64,000 nucleotides of DNA, from assembly GCA_958436045.1 (NCBI GenBank), contig CAUBIP010000002.1:1087-65086 (forward strand). Reading direction: 5' to 3'. Each line of letters opens with the position of its first letter. Positions within the stretch are counted from its first letter, which is position 1. Source of the stretch: an uncultured Oscillospiraceae bacterium (GTDB taxonomy: Bacteria > Bacillota > Clostridia > Oscillospirales > Oscillospiraceae). The position numbers were made by a program, and so were the translations under genes. Positions 28,723-38,840 of this stretch are shown here, piece after piece. The notes under the pieces were generated by a model. That model saw only the letters and a list, made by a program, of their open reading frames with translations, made no database searches and had not been told where the DNA came from.

Positions 28723-28818
28723 ACTAACTGTATGACCCCATCCTATGACGGGGTATTTTACGGGACTCGCTGCGGCTGGAGACAGCTGTTGAGCATATTT
28801 TTTCAGGAGGTGTATACA

Positions 28819-28953
28819 ATGCTGCGTACCTATCAGCCCAAAAAGCGCCACAGATCCAAAGTGCATGGGTTCAGAAAGAGAATGGCAACTGCCAACGGCC
28901 GGAAAGTTCTTGCACGCCGTCGTGCCAAGGGCAGAGCCAAGTTGTCTGCTTAA
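28819..28953 (+). CDS. rpmH: 50S ribosomal protein L34
   Basis: [53 protein letters not shown]. Confidence 0.95.
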   Translation: MLRTYQPKKRHRSKVHGFRKRMATANGRKVLARRRAKGRAKLSA

Positions 28954-29088
28954 AAGCCCTGGCCGCAAAACAATGCTCAATCCAGATGCTAATGAGATGT
29001 TAAGGGCGAGTAGATGTATATCTATTCGCCCATTGCTTTTCCGGCGCGTCGGCACGGTAGTGTGTTTGCCGGGCTGCGGGAGGTTATT

Positions 29089-29442
29089 ATGCGCTTCTCC
29101 AGATCTTTGAAACTGAATCATGTCTTCCGGAAGCTCTATAACCGCGGCGATTCCGCCGTGAACCGTTACCTGGTGCTCTACTGCCAGCCCAACCATCTGC
29201 AGGAAAACCGCGTTGGGATCACCGTCGGCAAAAAGCTGGGCAAGGCCGTCGTGCGCAATCGGGCACGACGCCGCCTGCGGGAGGTCTACCGGCTCAATGA
29301 GAGCCGCTTCCGCCCCGGCTATGATATCGTCGTCGTCGCCAGAAGCCGCGCCGTGACGGCGGACTTCGGCGCACTGCAATCGGCGTATCTGGGAGCAGCC
29401 AAGCGTCTGGGAATCCTTGTCGGAAAGGACGAAGAAGGGTGA
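29089..29442 (+). CDS. rnpA: Ribonuclease P protein component
   Basis: Internal ATG with [32 protein letters not shown] (RNR motif). Confidence 0.9.
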   Translation: MRFSRSLKLNHVFRKLYNRGDSAVNRYLVLYCQPNHLQENRVGITVGKKLGKAVVRNRARRRLREVYRLNESRFRPGYDIVVVARSRAVTADFGALQSAYLGAAKRLGILVGKDEEG

Positions 29443-29651
29443 AGCGCGTTTTACTCAAAATAATCCGATTCTACCAGCGCTGTATTTCCCCGGCCTTTCC
29501 CGCCCGCTGCCGTTTTTCCCCCACCTGCAGCCAATATGCCTATGAGGCAGTGGCAAAATACGGCGCATGGAAGGGCGGCCGTTTGGCATTGCGGCGGCTA
29601 ATCCGATGCAATCCCTTTTACAAAGGGGACTATTTCGATCCAGTGCCCTAG
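29439..29651 (+). CDS. yidD: Membrane protein insertion efficiency factor YidD
   Basis: [34 protein letters not shown] overlap with rnpA. Confidence 0.9.
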   Translation: MKRVLLKIIRFYQRCISPAFPARCRFSPTCSQYAYEAVAKYGAWKGGRLALRRLIRCNPFYKGDYFDPVP

Positions 29652-29678
29652 GGCGCGCACACACAACGGAGGAAAAAC

Positions 29679-30923
29679 ATGATCCTAGCATTCGGCTTTT
29701 GGGATATTATCAAAGTCCCATTTGGCTATGTGCTGGAGTGGCTGTACAACTGGACAGCAAACTACGGCCTGGCCCTCATCCTGTTCTCCCTGGTCCTGAA
29801 GCTGATTCTTTATCCTACCAGTGCCAAGAGCAAGAAGAGCATGATGAAAATGTCGCGTATCTCTCCGCAGGTCAAGCTGCTGGAGCTCAAATACGGAGAT
29901 GACAAAGAATCCTATCAAAAAGCGGTCCAAAAGCTCTATAAGGACGAAAACGTTTCCATGACCGGCGGCTGCCTGTGGTCTCTGATCCCCCTGATCGTGA
30001 TCATCCCGCTGTACCAGGTCATCCGCCAGCCTATCCAGTATATGATGCACGTTTCCAGCGAGAACGCGGCGCTCATTCTGGAGGGCATCAAAAAAGCAGC
30101 CCCGTCGCTCTTTGCGCATGCCAACGACTACTACCATCAGATGATCGCCGCCAGCCATGTCGGCGAATATGCGGACCAGATCAAAGACTGGGTGCCGGAC
30201 CTCGGCAAAACCCTGCACAGCCTGAACTTCAGCTTCCTGGGCATCGACCTGGGGCAGGTGCCGGACTGGAAGATCTGGAAAATTGAAAACCTGAATTGGG
30301 CCGCCATTGGCCTGGTCGTCCTGCCGATCGTCGCTGCGCTGACGCAGATGCTTTCGATGCTGCTGAGCCAGAAGATGAACAACCAGGTCGCGACCAACGC
30401 CCAGGGTGAGCGGGATGACGCAGCTGCCGCCGTGGCAAACCAGACCAATAAGTCCATGATGCTGTTTATGCCCATCATGTCGCTGGTCTTCTGCTTCACC
30501 ATGCCCGCCGCCATCTCCGTTTACTGGATCGCCCAGGCCGTATTCGGCATGATCCAGGACTATTTCCTGACAAAGCACTACCGGAAGATCTACGACGCCG
30601 AGGACGAGGAAAAGCGCAAGCGCGCTGCGGAATTGGCCCGGATCGAAGCAGAAAAAGAGAAGAGACGCGCGCTGCGCCGGGAAAAGAACCCCGATCTTGC
30701 CGTGGAAAACACCAGCAAGAAGAAGCTGCAGCAGCGGCAAAAAGAAGAAGCAGAAGCAGCCGCCAAGGCATATGCCCGGAAGCACGCCGAGGAAACAGGG
30801 GCCGTCCCGGAAGCCGCGCCGCAGGAACAGAGCGACGCCGCCGTCGGCGAGCGCACCTACGCCCGGGGCCGTGCCTATAAGGCCGACCGCTACCAGAAGC
30901 CCAACGGCTCTGCGAAGGAATAA
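29679..30923 (+). CDS. yidC: YidC/Oxa1-family membrane insertase with long K/E/A-rich C-terminal tail
   Basis: Multi-TM 60-kDa-IMP-like core (LALILFSLVLKLILYP, MPAAISVYW) and conserved rnpA-yidD-yidC-jag synteny. Confidence 0.85.
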   Translation: MILAFGFWDIIKVPFGYVLEWLYNWTANYGLALILFSLVLKLILYPTSAKSKKSMMKMSRISPQVKLLELKYGDDKESYQKAVQKLYKDENVSMTGGCLWSLIPLIVIIPLYQVIRQPIQYMMHVSSENAALILEGIKKAAPSLFAHANDYYHQMIAASHVGEYADQIKDWVPDLGKTLHSLNFSFLGIDLGQVPDWKIWKIENLNWAAIGLVVLPIVAALTQMLSMLLSQKMNNQVATNAQGERDDAAAAVANQTNKSMMLFMPIMSLVFCFTMPAAISVYWIAQAVFGMIQDYFLTKHYRKIYDAEDEEKRKRAAELARIEAEKEKRRALRREKNPDLAVENTSKKKLQQRQKEEAEAAAKAYARKHAEETGAVPEAAPQEQSDAAVGERTYARGRAYKADRYQKPNGSAKE

Positions 30924-30935
30924 CAGGAGCGTACC

Positions 30936-31850
30936 ATGGAAAAAAGTATTATCGCAACCGGAAAAACCATTGACCTGGCGATCCAGGCCGCTTTGAATGA
31001 ACTGAAAATGGACCGCGACGCAGTCTCCGTCGAGGTCCTGGAAAATGCAAAATCCGGCTTCCTGGGCATTGGTGCCAGCCCGGCCAAGGTCAAGGTGACC
31101 TACGAGGCCCCGGATGCGGAAGTGGAAGCAGCGCCGGCCCCGGCACTGTCTGCCGCCTCCCGCTCCAAGCCGAAAAAGCAGCGGCTGCCGAAGGAAGAAA
31201 AGCCTGCCGCCAAGCAGCCTGCCGCACAGGCCCCCGCTGCGCCTGCGGCTCCCGCAAAGCCCGCAGAAAAGAAGCCTGCCCGGCCGCAGCAGGAAAAGCG
31301 CCCCGCACCGCAGCCCGAAGCGAAACCCGCTGCGCCGAAGGCCCCCCCGAAGGAATACCCTGTGGCCGCCCCCGGCTCGATGGAAGCCCGGATCGAAGCC
31401 TTTATGCAGGGCCTGCTAACCCACATGGGCTCGGATGCCGTGCCCCACGCCGTCGCCACTGGGGAGGACGCTTACATGGTCGAGCTCGTCGGTGAAAACC
31501 TGGGTGCGCTCATCGGCCGCCGCGGCGACACCCTCGACGCGATCCAGCACCTGACAAACTACGCCGTCAACCGCGGCGAGACAAAGCGGGTCCGCATCAA
31601 TGTCGACGCTGAGTCCTACCGGGCAAAGCGGGAAGAATCCCTGCAGCGCCTGGCTAAAAAGGTCGGCGCAAAGGTGACAAAATACCGCAGAAACATCACC
31701 CTGGAGCCCATGAACGCCTATGAGCGCCATGTGATCCACGCCGCCCTGCAGGATATGCCGGACGTCACCACCTTCTCCACCGGTACGGAGCCCAATCGCC
31801 GGATCGTCGTGGCCTATAGCCGCTACCGCAATTTCGACGAAAAGCAATAA
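30936..31850 (+). CDS. khpB: Jag/KhpB RNA-binding protein (Jag_N, KH, R3H) with P/A/K-rich linker
   Basis: N-terminal GKTIDLAIQAALNEL. C-terminal KH/R3H (LEPMNAYERHVIHAAL). Confidence 0.85.
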   Translation: MEKSIIATGKTIDLAIQAALNELKMDRDAVSVEVLENAKSGFLGIGASPAKVKVTYEAPDAEVEAAPAPALSAASRSKPKKQRLPKEEKPAAKQPAAQAPAAPAAPAKPAEKKPARPQQEKRPAPQPEAKPAAPKAPPKEYPVAAPGSMEARIEAFMQGLLTHMGSDAVPHAVATGEDAYMVELVGENLGALIGRRGDTLDAIQHLTNYAVNRGETKRVRINVDAESYRAKREESLQRLAKKVGAKVTKYRRNITLEPMNAYERHVIHAALQDMPDVTTFSTGTEPNRRIVVAYSRYRNFDEKQ

Positions 31851-31860
31851 CACGTTTCTC

Positions 31861-31898
31861 ACCCCCGGCGGCTACAGTGCGCCGGGGGTCCCTTTTTC
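31861..31898 (+). terminator. Intrinsic terminator after jag
   Basis: ACCCCCGGCG...CGCCGGGGGT followed by CCCTTTTTC. Confidence 0.8.
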
Positions 31899-31978
31899 AT
31901 CATTTTCCCGCCGGTGGGCAAGCTATACGCAGCCGGACCGGTACAGTTTACCGCAATCACACGAAACGGAGTCACCAC

Positions 31979-33730
31979 ATGCGAAGTCTTGGGATCTATT
32001 TAAAACCTTACCGGGCGCAGAGTATTCTCGCCCCGCTGTTCAAGCTTCTGGAGGCGCTGCTGGACCTGCTCGTCCCCATCGTCGTAGCCGCGATGATCGA
32101 CACTGGGGCCCTGGGCGGCAGCAGGCGTACCGTGCTCCTCTATTTTGCCGCGCTGCTGGGCATGGCCGCCGTCGGTCTGGGCTTCAGCGTCGTCGCCCAG
32201 TTTTTTGCGGCCAAAGCCAGCGTCGGCTTTGCCGGCGGCCTGCGGCAGGCGCTGTTTGACCATATCCAAACGCTCTCCTTCCCGGAGCTGGACGCCCTGG
32301 GCAGCGATACCCTCATCACCCGGCTGACGGACGATGTCAACCAAGTCCAGACGGGCCTGAATCTGAGCCTGCGGCTGCTGCTGCGCAGCCCGTTTATCGT
32401 GCTGGGCGCCCTGGTCTTCGCCTTTACCATCGACACCCGCTGCGCCCTTGTCTTCGCCGTTGCCATCCCGGTGCTGTTTCTGGTCATTCTCGGGATTATG
32501 CTCCGGAGCGTGCCCCTGTTTGGCAAAGTCCAGGCGGGGCTGGACCGGGTCACGGCGCTGACCCGCGAAAATCTGACCGGTGCCCGGGTCATCCGGGCCT
32601 TTTGCCGGGAGGACGCCTCCGTGGCGGAGTTTGCCGCCAGCAACGAGGCGCTGACCCGGCTAAACCTGCAGGTGGGCAAGCTCTCCGCCCTGATGAACCC
32701 GGTAACCTACGTGCTCATCAATCTGGCCACCGTCCTGCTCATCCGGCAGGCCGGACTACAGGTCGAGCTCGGGCGGCTCTCCCAGGGACAGGCTGTCGCG
32801 CTGTATAACTATATGCTCCAGATCCTGGTGGAGCTCATCAAGCTCGCCACCATGGTCATCACGCTGAATAAATCTGTCGCCTGCGCCCGGCGGGCCGCCA
32901 GCCTGTTCCAGGTGCATCCCTCGATGGCAAATGGCACAGCGCCAGCACCCCAGGCTGCCCCGGGCACCCCGGCGGTGACATTTGAAGATGTCAGCTTCAC
33001 CTACCCCAGCGCAGGTGCACCCAGCTTGCGGAACATCAGCTTTTCCGCCCAACCCGGGCAGACGGTCGGGATCATCGGCGGCACCGGCAGCGGCAAAAGC
33101 ACACTGGCCCATCTGCTCTGCCGCTTTTACGATGCCTCCTCCGGCCGCGTCCTACTCTGGGGGGAGGATATCCGTCGCTATGACCGGGCCGCGCTCCGCC
33201 GCCAGATCGCCGTCGTGCCCCAGCAGGCGACCCTGTTTTCCGGCACGATCCGGGACAACCTCCGCTGGGGCGACCAGGACGCCGCCGATGAGGCTCTCTG
33301 GCAGGCCCTGACCGTCGCCCAGGCCCGCCAAACCGTCGAGGACAAGCCCGGCGGCCTGGATTTCGTTCTGGAGCAAGGCGGCAGGAACCTCTCCGGGGGA
33401 CAAAAGCAGCGGCTGACCATCGCCCGGGCCCTTGTCCGGCAGCCGAAGCTCCTGGTCCTGGACGACAGCGCCAGCGCGCTGGACTACGCAACAGACGCCG
33501 CTCTGCGCCAGGCCCTGCACCAGCTGCACGATACGACAGTCTTTGTCATCTCCCAGCGCATCGCCAGCGTCCGCCAGGCGGATCAAATTCTCGTTCTCGA
33601 CGGCGGTGCCCTGGCTGGTTGCGGCGACCATACGGCGCTGCTGGCCAAATGCCCCGTGTATCAGGATATCTATCGCACCCAGTTCACGCAGGACGCGGTG
33701 CAGCAGCAAGGAGGGAAGCCCCATGGCTAA
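31979..33730 (+). CDS. ABC exporter, fused permease/ATPase subunit 1
   Basis: Six-TM N-terminal half, Walker A GGTGSGKST, signature LSGGQKQR, Walker B LLVLDD. Confidence 0.85.
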   Translation: MRSLGIYLKPYRAQSILAPLFKLLEALLDLLVPIVVAAMIDTGALGGSRRTVLLYFAALLGMAAVGLGFSVVAQFFAAKASVGFAGGLRQALFDHIQTLSFPELDALGSDTLITRLTDDVNQVQTGLNLSLRLLLRSPFIVLGALVFAFTIDTRCALVFAVAIPVLFLVILGIMLRSVPLFGKVQAGLDRVTALTRENLTGARVIRAFCREDASVAEFAASNEALTRLNLQVGKLSALMNPVTYVLINLATVLLIRQAGLQVELGRLSQGQAVALYNYMLQILVELIKLATMVITLNKSVACARRAASLFQVHPSMANGTAPAPQAAPGTPAVTFEDVSFTYPSAGAPSLRNISFSAQPGQTVGIIGGTGSGKSTLAHLLCRFYDASSGRVLLWGEDIRRYDRAALRRQIAVVPQQATLFSGTIRDNLRWGDQDAADEALWQALTVAQARQTVEDKPGGLDFVLEQGGRNLSGGQKQRLTIARALVRQPKLLVLDDSASALDYATDAALRQALHQLHDTTVFVISQRIASVRQADQILVLDGGALAGCGDHTALLAKCPVYQDIYRTQFTQDAVQQQGGKPHG

Positions 33731-35486
33731 AGCTTCTTTCAAACGCTCTGCCCAGCGGGCCAGCCTGGCCCAGCTGCTGCGGCGCATCGGCCGCGCCTGG
33801 CCTGCTCTGGTGGTCAGCACCCTGCTGACCGCCGCCACCGTCGTGCTGCAGCTGTATGTTCCCATTCTCTTTGGCGACGCCATCGACCAGATCGCCGGGG
33901 CAGGGGAGGTCCATTTTGCCCGCCTCGCCCGTTATCTGCAGGAGATCAGCCTTCTGGTGGCGCTGTCCGCCGTGAGCAACTGGATCTCTAACCGCATCAA
34001 CAACCGCATCACTTACCGGACGGTTCAGTCCCTGCGGGATGAGAGCATCTGCCACCTGCAAAAGCTTCCGCTCTCTTACCTGGACGGTCACACCGTCGGT
34101 GACCTGGTCAGCCGCATCACGGCGGATATCGATGTCATCAGTGACGGCCTGCTGCTGGGCTTTACCCAGCTGCTGACGGGGGGCCTGACCATCGCCGTCA
34201 CGCTGGTGTTCATGTTCTCTAAAAATCTCTCCGTCTCGCTGCTGGTCGTGGTCCTGACCCCGTTGAGCTTTCTGGTCGCCCGGTTTATCTCCAGCCGCTC
34301 GTTCCGGCTGTTCCAGCAGCAGAGCGTGCTGCGAGGCAAGCAGACCGCGCTGGTGGACGAGATGATCGGCGGTCAAAAGCTGGTCCAGGCCTTCGACTAT
34401 ACCGAGACTGCCTCCCGCCGCTTTGCCGCCATCAACGAGGACCTGATGCAATGCAGCCAGCAGGCCGTGTTTTACAGCAGCCTGACCAACCCCTCCACCC
34501 GGTTCGTCAACAGCCTGATCTATGCCGGCGTGGCGCTGCTGGGCATCTTCCTGATCCCCGGCGGCAGCCTGACCGTCGGCGGCCTGACGATCCTACTGGC
34601 CTATGCCAACCAGTATATGAAGCCGTTTAACGATATCAGCGCCGTCGTTACAGAATTCCAAAATGCGCTGGCCTGCGCAGACCGGATCTTCTCCCTGCTG
34701 GCAGAACCGGCAGAGCCGGAGGACGCGCCGTCCGCCGCCATAGCAGCGCCGGAGTCGGTCCGGGGTGCTGTGACGCTGGAGCAGCTCCAATTCAGCTACG
34801 ACGAGGCCCGCCCCCTGATCACGGACCTGGATCTGACCGTCCAGCCCGGGCAGCGGGTCGCCATCGTCGGCCCCACCGGCTGCGGCAAGACGACGCTGAT
34901 CAATCTCCTGATGCGCTTTTACGAGCCGGACGGCGGCCGTATCACCGTGGACGGCACACCGGTCACGGCGATGCCCCGGGCCGCACTGCGCCGTAGCTTC
35001 GGCATGGTCCTGCAGGATACCTGGATTAAGGGCGGAACCGTCCGGGAGAACATTGCCTTTGGCCGCCCGGACGCACCAGAGGACGCGATCATCCAAGCCG
35101 CCAAGGCCGCCCACTGCTGGGGCTTTATCCGGCAGCTGCCCCAGGGGCTGGATACCGTCCTCACCGGCGACGCCATCAGCCAGGGGCAGCGGCAGCTTCT
35201 GTGCATTGCCCGGGTCATGCTCTGCCTGCCGCCGATGCTGATCCTGGACGAGGCCACCTCCAGCATCGACACCCGCACGGAGATGCAGATCCAGCAGGCC
35301 TTCGAAACGCTGATGCAGGGCCGGACCTCCTTCGTCGTCGCCCATCGCCTTTCCACGATCCAGGACGCCGATATCATTCTGGTTATGCGGGACGGCAAGA
35401 TCGTCGAGCAGGGGATCCACGCCGCGCTGCTGGCCCGGGGCGGCTTTTACGCGACGCTTTACTACAGTCAGTTCAAGCAGGCCTAA
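33723..35486 (+). CDS. ABC exporter, fused permease/ATPase subunit 2
   Basis: ATG at 33723 overlaps the upstream stop by 8 nt. Walker A GPTGCGKTT, ISQGQRQL, ILDEATS. Confidence 0.85.
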   Translation: MAKASFKRSAQRASLAQLLRRIGRAWPALVVSTLLTAATVVLQLYVPILFGDAIDQIAGAGEVHFARLARYLQEISLLVALSAVSNWISNRINNRITYRTVQSLRDESICHLQKLPLSYLDGHTVGDLVSRITADIDVISDGLLLGFTQLLTGGLTIAVTLVFMFSKNLSVSLLVVVLTPLSFLVARFISSRSFRLFQQQSVLRGKQTALVDEMIGGQKLVQAFDYTETASRRFAAINEDLMQCSQQAVFYSSLTNPSTRFVNSLIYAGVALLGIFLIPGGSLTVGGLTILLAYANQYMKPFNDISAVVTEFQNALACADRIFSLLAEPAEPEDAPSAAIAAPESVRGAVTLEQLQFSYDEARPLITDLDLTVQPGQRVAIVGPTGCGKTTLINLLMRFYEPDGGRITVDGTPVTAMPRAALRRSFGMVLQDTWIKGGTVRENIAFGRPDAPEDAIIQAAKAAHCWGFIRQLPQGLDTVLTGDAISQGQRQLLCIARVMLCLPPMLILDEATSSIDTRTEMQIQQAFETLMQGRTSFVVAHRLSTIQDADIILVMRDGKIVEQGIHAALLARGGFYATLYYSQFKQA

Positions 35487-35559
35487 GCCTTGCCGCCGCC
35501 AGACTCCCATGCTATACTAGATGGCGGCCAAACCGTTTTTCACCGGAGGAGGGAACCAC

Positions 35560-37566
35560 ATGGATTTTAAACTGCACGCGCCTTACCAGCCAATGGGCGA
35601 CCAGCCCCGGGCCATTGATACGCTGGTCCATGGCCTGAACGCCGGTCTTTCCGAGCAGATCCTGCTGGGCGTGACAGGCTCCGGCAAGACCTTTACCATG
35701 GCCAATGTCATCCAATCTGTCAACCGGCCCACACTGGTGCTGGCCCATAACAAAACCCTGGCCGCCCAGCTCTGCGCGGAGTTCAAGGAGTTTTTCCCGG
35801 AAAACGCCGTGGAGTACTTCATCTCCTATTACGACTATTATCAGCCCGAGGCTTATATTGCCCATACGGACACATACATTGAGAAGGATTCTTCCATCAA
35901 CGATGAGATCGAGCGCCTGCGGCATAGCGCAACGTCGTCGCTGTTTGAGCGGCGGGATGTGATCGTTGTGGCCTCCGTCTCCTGCATTTACGGCTTGGGC
36001 GACCCCATTGACTATAAGAACATGGTCATCTCCCTCCGCAGCGGGCAGGAGCGCTCTCAGGTGGAGCTGCTGCGCAAGCTGACGGAGATCCGCTATGAGC
36101 GCAACGACGTCAATTTCACGAGAAATACCTTCCGCGTCCGGGGCGACACTGTAGAAATTTACCCCACCTACTGGGCCGGGCGGGCCATCCGCGTCGAATT
36201 TTTCGGCGACGAGATTGACCGCATTTCTGAGATCAACGCCGTCACTGGGATGCCGAACCGAATCCTGGAGCATGTCGCCATATATCCCGCCAGCCACTAT
36301 GTTGCCTCAAAGGAAAAAATGCAGCGCGCTATCGTAGAAATTGAACAAGAAATGGAGGAACGGGTCAAATATTTCGAAGAAAATAATATGCTTTTGGAGG
36401 CGCAACGCATTCGCCAGCGCACGAGCTACGACATTGAGATGATGCAGGAGATCGGCTTCTGCTCCGGGATCGAGAATTACTCCCGGGTGATCTCCGGCCG
36501 CGCCCCCGGCTCCGCGCCGATGACGCTGCTGGACTATATGCCCGACGACTTCCTGCTGATGATCGACGAGAGCCACGTTACGCTGCCCCAGGTGCGGGCC
36601 ATGTACGCAGGCGACCGCTCCCGGAAGGAGAGCCTTGTTCGCTACGGCTTCCGTCTGCCTTCCGCCTTTGACAACCGCCCTCTGAATTTCGAGGAATTTC
36701 AAAAGAAGATCGGTCAGGTCATCTATGTCTCCGCCACCCCGGCGGAGTATGAGCGCAGCCGCGCCGGGCAGGTCGCCGAGCAGCTCATCCGCCCCACCGG
36801 CCTGCTGGACCCGGAGGTCTGCGTCCGCCCCATCGCCGGGCAGATCGACGATCTCATTCAGGAGATCCACACTGTGACCGCCCGGCAGGAGCGGGTACTG
36901 ATCACCACACTGACGAAAAAAATGGCCGAAGACCTGACGGTCTATCTGCAAAAAGCGGGCATCCGCGTCCGCTATATGCACTCCGGCATCGACGCCATGG
37001 AGCGCATGGAGCTCATCCGCGACCTGCGGCTGGCGAAATTCGACGTCCTTGTCGGCATCAACCTGCTGCGGGAGGGGCTGGACCTGCCGGAGGTCTCCCT
37101 GGTAGCAATCTTAGACGCCGACAAGGAGGGCTTCCTCCGCAGTGAGACCAGCTTGGTCCAGACCATCGGCCGCGCCGCCCGAAACGCCGGGGGCCGGGTC
37201 ATTCTCTACGCCGACCATATCACCGCCGCCATGCGCAGCGCTATGGACGAAACAGCCCGCCGCCGCAGCTACCAGCAGGCGTATAACGACGCCCACGGCA
37301 TCGTCCCCAAGACAATCATCAAGGACGTCCGCGCCCTCATTGAGATCTCCAAGGACGCCGGGGCCGACCGCCGCCGCCAGCTGCGGACGAAGGCCGACCG
37401 GGAAGCCGAGATCGCCAAGCTGGAAAAGCAGATGAAGGAGGCCGCCCGGATGATGGAGTACGAGTACGCTGCCGTCCTGCGCGACCAGATCATCGCCCTG
37501 CGCAAAACCCAGCCCGAGAGCCCCGCCAGCCCGCACCCGAAGCGGAAACCGCCCAAGCATTTTTAA
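35560..37566 (+). CDS. uvrB: Excinuclease ABC subunit B
   Basis: [27 protein letters not shown]-terminal UVR motif ([11 protein letters not shown]). Confidence 0.95.
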   Translation: MDFKLHAPYQPMGDQPRAIDTLVHGLNAGLSEQILLGVTGSGKTFTMANVIQSVNRPTLVLAHNKTLAAQLCAEFKEFFPENAVEYFISYYDYYQPEAYIAHTDTYIEKDSSINDEIERLRHSATSSLFERRDVIVVASVSCIYGLGDPIDYKNMVISLRSGQERSQVELLRKLTEIRYERNDVNFTRNTFRVRGDTVEIYPTYWAGRAIRVEFFGDEIDRISEINAVTGMPNRILEHVAIYPASHYVASKEKMQRAIVEIEQEMEERVKYFEENNMLLEAQRIRQRTSYDIEMMQEIGFCSGIENYSRVISGRAPGSAPMTLLDYMPDDFLLMIDESHVTLPQVRAMYAGDRSRKESLVRYGFRLPSAFDNRPLNFEEFQKKIGQVIYVSATPAEYERSRAGQVAEQLIRPTGLLDPEVCVRPIAGQIDDLIQEIHTVTARQERVLITTLTKKMAEDLTVYLQKAGIRVRYMHSGIDAMERMELIRDLRLAKFDVLVGINLLREGLDLPEVSLVAILDADKEGFLRSETSLVQTIGRAARNAGGRVILYADHITAAMRSAMDETARRRSYQQAYNDAHGIVPKTIIKDVRALIEISKDAGADRRRQLRTKADREAEIAKLEKQMKEAARMMEYEYAAVLRDQIIALRKTQPESPASPHPKRKPPKHF

Positions 37567-37571
37567 AGAAT

Positions 37572-37618
37572 AAGACCTTGGAAAGCTGTTGGCTCTCCAA
37601 GGTCTTGTGCTTTGTTTT
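37572..37618. terminator. Bidirectional terminator
   Basis: AAGACCTTGGA...TCCAAGGTCTT followed by GTGCTTTGTTTT. Confidence 0.7.
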
Positions 37619-38654
37619 ATCCCTTTTCCCGCACCGCGTCCCGGTGCAGCGCCTGCAGCGCTTCCAGGCGGCGCGCACCGTCGCCCCGGTCCAGCCGGGT
37701 CGCAGCCAGGCAGACCCCATCCGCTAAGCGTTCGACCTGACCACTGACCCAAAGAGCCGCTGCCACATTGGCAAGCAGGACATCCCGCCGGGCATCGTGC
37801 ACCTCGCCCCGCAGCAGGGCCGTGATCTGCGCCGCCGTCTCGGCGTCCTTCTCCGTCTTTTGCAAAGTCCAGGAGCAGGACCGTAGCCCCAGCGCTGCAG
37901 GCGCTACCGTCTGCGCCTGCCAGGCGGTGCCGTCCCAGCGCAGAAGATCTGCCGGGCCGTCCAGCGTGATGCTGTCTGCCCCGTCTGCGCCCTGTACCAG
38001 CAACGCCCGCAGGCCGGGGATTTCTGGGATTGCCTCCTGCAAAATCTCCAGCGTCTCCCGATCATGGACCCCAAAAAGCAGATTGGAGATCGTCGCCGGA
38101 TTCATCAGCGGGCCGATGATCGTCTGGGTCAGCGCCCGGATCTGGGCCTCTGTCTCATCGTTGAGCGTCTGGGCCAGCGACGGGTGAAAGGCCCGGGGGG
38201 CCAAAAATGCCGTCTCCGCTGCCGCCAGCTGAGCCCTGGCCTCGGCTTCCGATCCCGCCACGTCAATGCCCAGCGCCGCCAGGACGCCCGCGCTGCCGAA
38301 ATACCCCGGCACGCTGGTGCGCACCTGCTTGATGACCGGCGCACCCGGCGCTGCCGCCAGCAGTGCGACAGCAGGCGCCAAGCGGCCCGCTCGCTCGCCC
38401 GCGCCGGTGGCGGCGATATCCAGCGCCGGACCAAAGGACGCGGCGTCGATGGGTGTGCAGTTGGCCCGCATGGCGTGGGCATAGTCCGCCAGCTCCTGGG
38501 GTGTCGGCCCTTTCATCAAAAAGGCCATCTGAAAGCCCAGCACCTGGACCTGGGTCAGCTCCTGGGTCATGATCGCGGCAATGGTCCGCTCCAGCTCCGC
38601 CCGGGTCAGGTCCTGCCCCAGCATCAGCTTGTCCATCAAATCTTTATAGAGCAT
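37617..38654 (-). CDS. Anthranilate phosphoribosyltransferase (TrpD)-like protein with substituted active-site motifs
   Basis: TrpD-type N-terminal helical bundle (QVLGFQMAFLMKGPTPQE) and IGPLMNPA. GTGGD reads ATGAG, KHGNR reads KQVRT, SGSAD reads FGSAG. No trp genes nearby. Confidence 0.65.
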   Translation of the reverse strand: MLYKDLMDKLMLGQDLTRAELERTIAAIMTQELTQVQVLGFQMAFLMKGPTPQELADYAHAMRANCTPIDAASFGPALDIAATGAGERAGRLAPAVALLAAAPGAPVIKQVRTSVPGYFGSAGVLAALGIDVAGSEAEARAQLAAAETAFLAPRAFHPSLAQTLNDETEAQIRALTQTIIGPLMNPATISNLLFGVHDRETLEILQEAIPEIPGLRALLVQGADGADSITLDGPADLLRWDGTAWQAQTVAPAALGLRSCSWTLQKTEKDAETAAQITALLRGEVHDARRDVLLANVAAALWVSGQVERLADGVCLAATRLDRGDGARRLEALQALHRDAVREKG

Positions 38655-38738
38655 CGGTCGCCCTCCGTTTCGTCATATCATAATACTTATTATAGGGCTG
38701 TGTACCCGTTTGTCTAGGGTGCGCGTCGGTTTCCGGCC

Positions 38739-38767
38739 TTGTGCTTTCCCAGAAAAAATGGTATGAT
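38739..38767 (+). promoter_or_regulatory. Promoter of the ymdB operon
   Basis: TTGTGC, 17-nt spacer, TGgTATGAT (extended -10). Confidence 0.5.
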
Positions 38768-38840
38768 AGCGGAAACGAACGAGAGAACTGCCGTTTTGCT
38801 GGTACGTACCGGCAAAGAAGCTATGCTGGGAGGAACCTAC

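Noticed and set aside
28543-28818. oriC or a DnaA-box cluster next to rpmH.
   Set aside because: Only one weak partial match (TGTGGTTTC) to the TTATCCACA/TGTGGATAA box, no AT-rich unwinding element, and no dnaA nearby.
35487-35559. LexA/SOS boxes upstream of uvrB, and upstream of uvrA at 49175-49260.
   Set aside because: No GAAC-N4-GTTC-type palindrome is visible in either upstream region.
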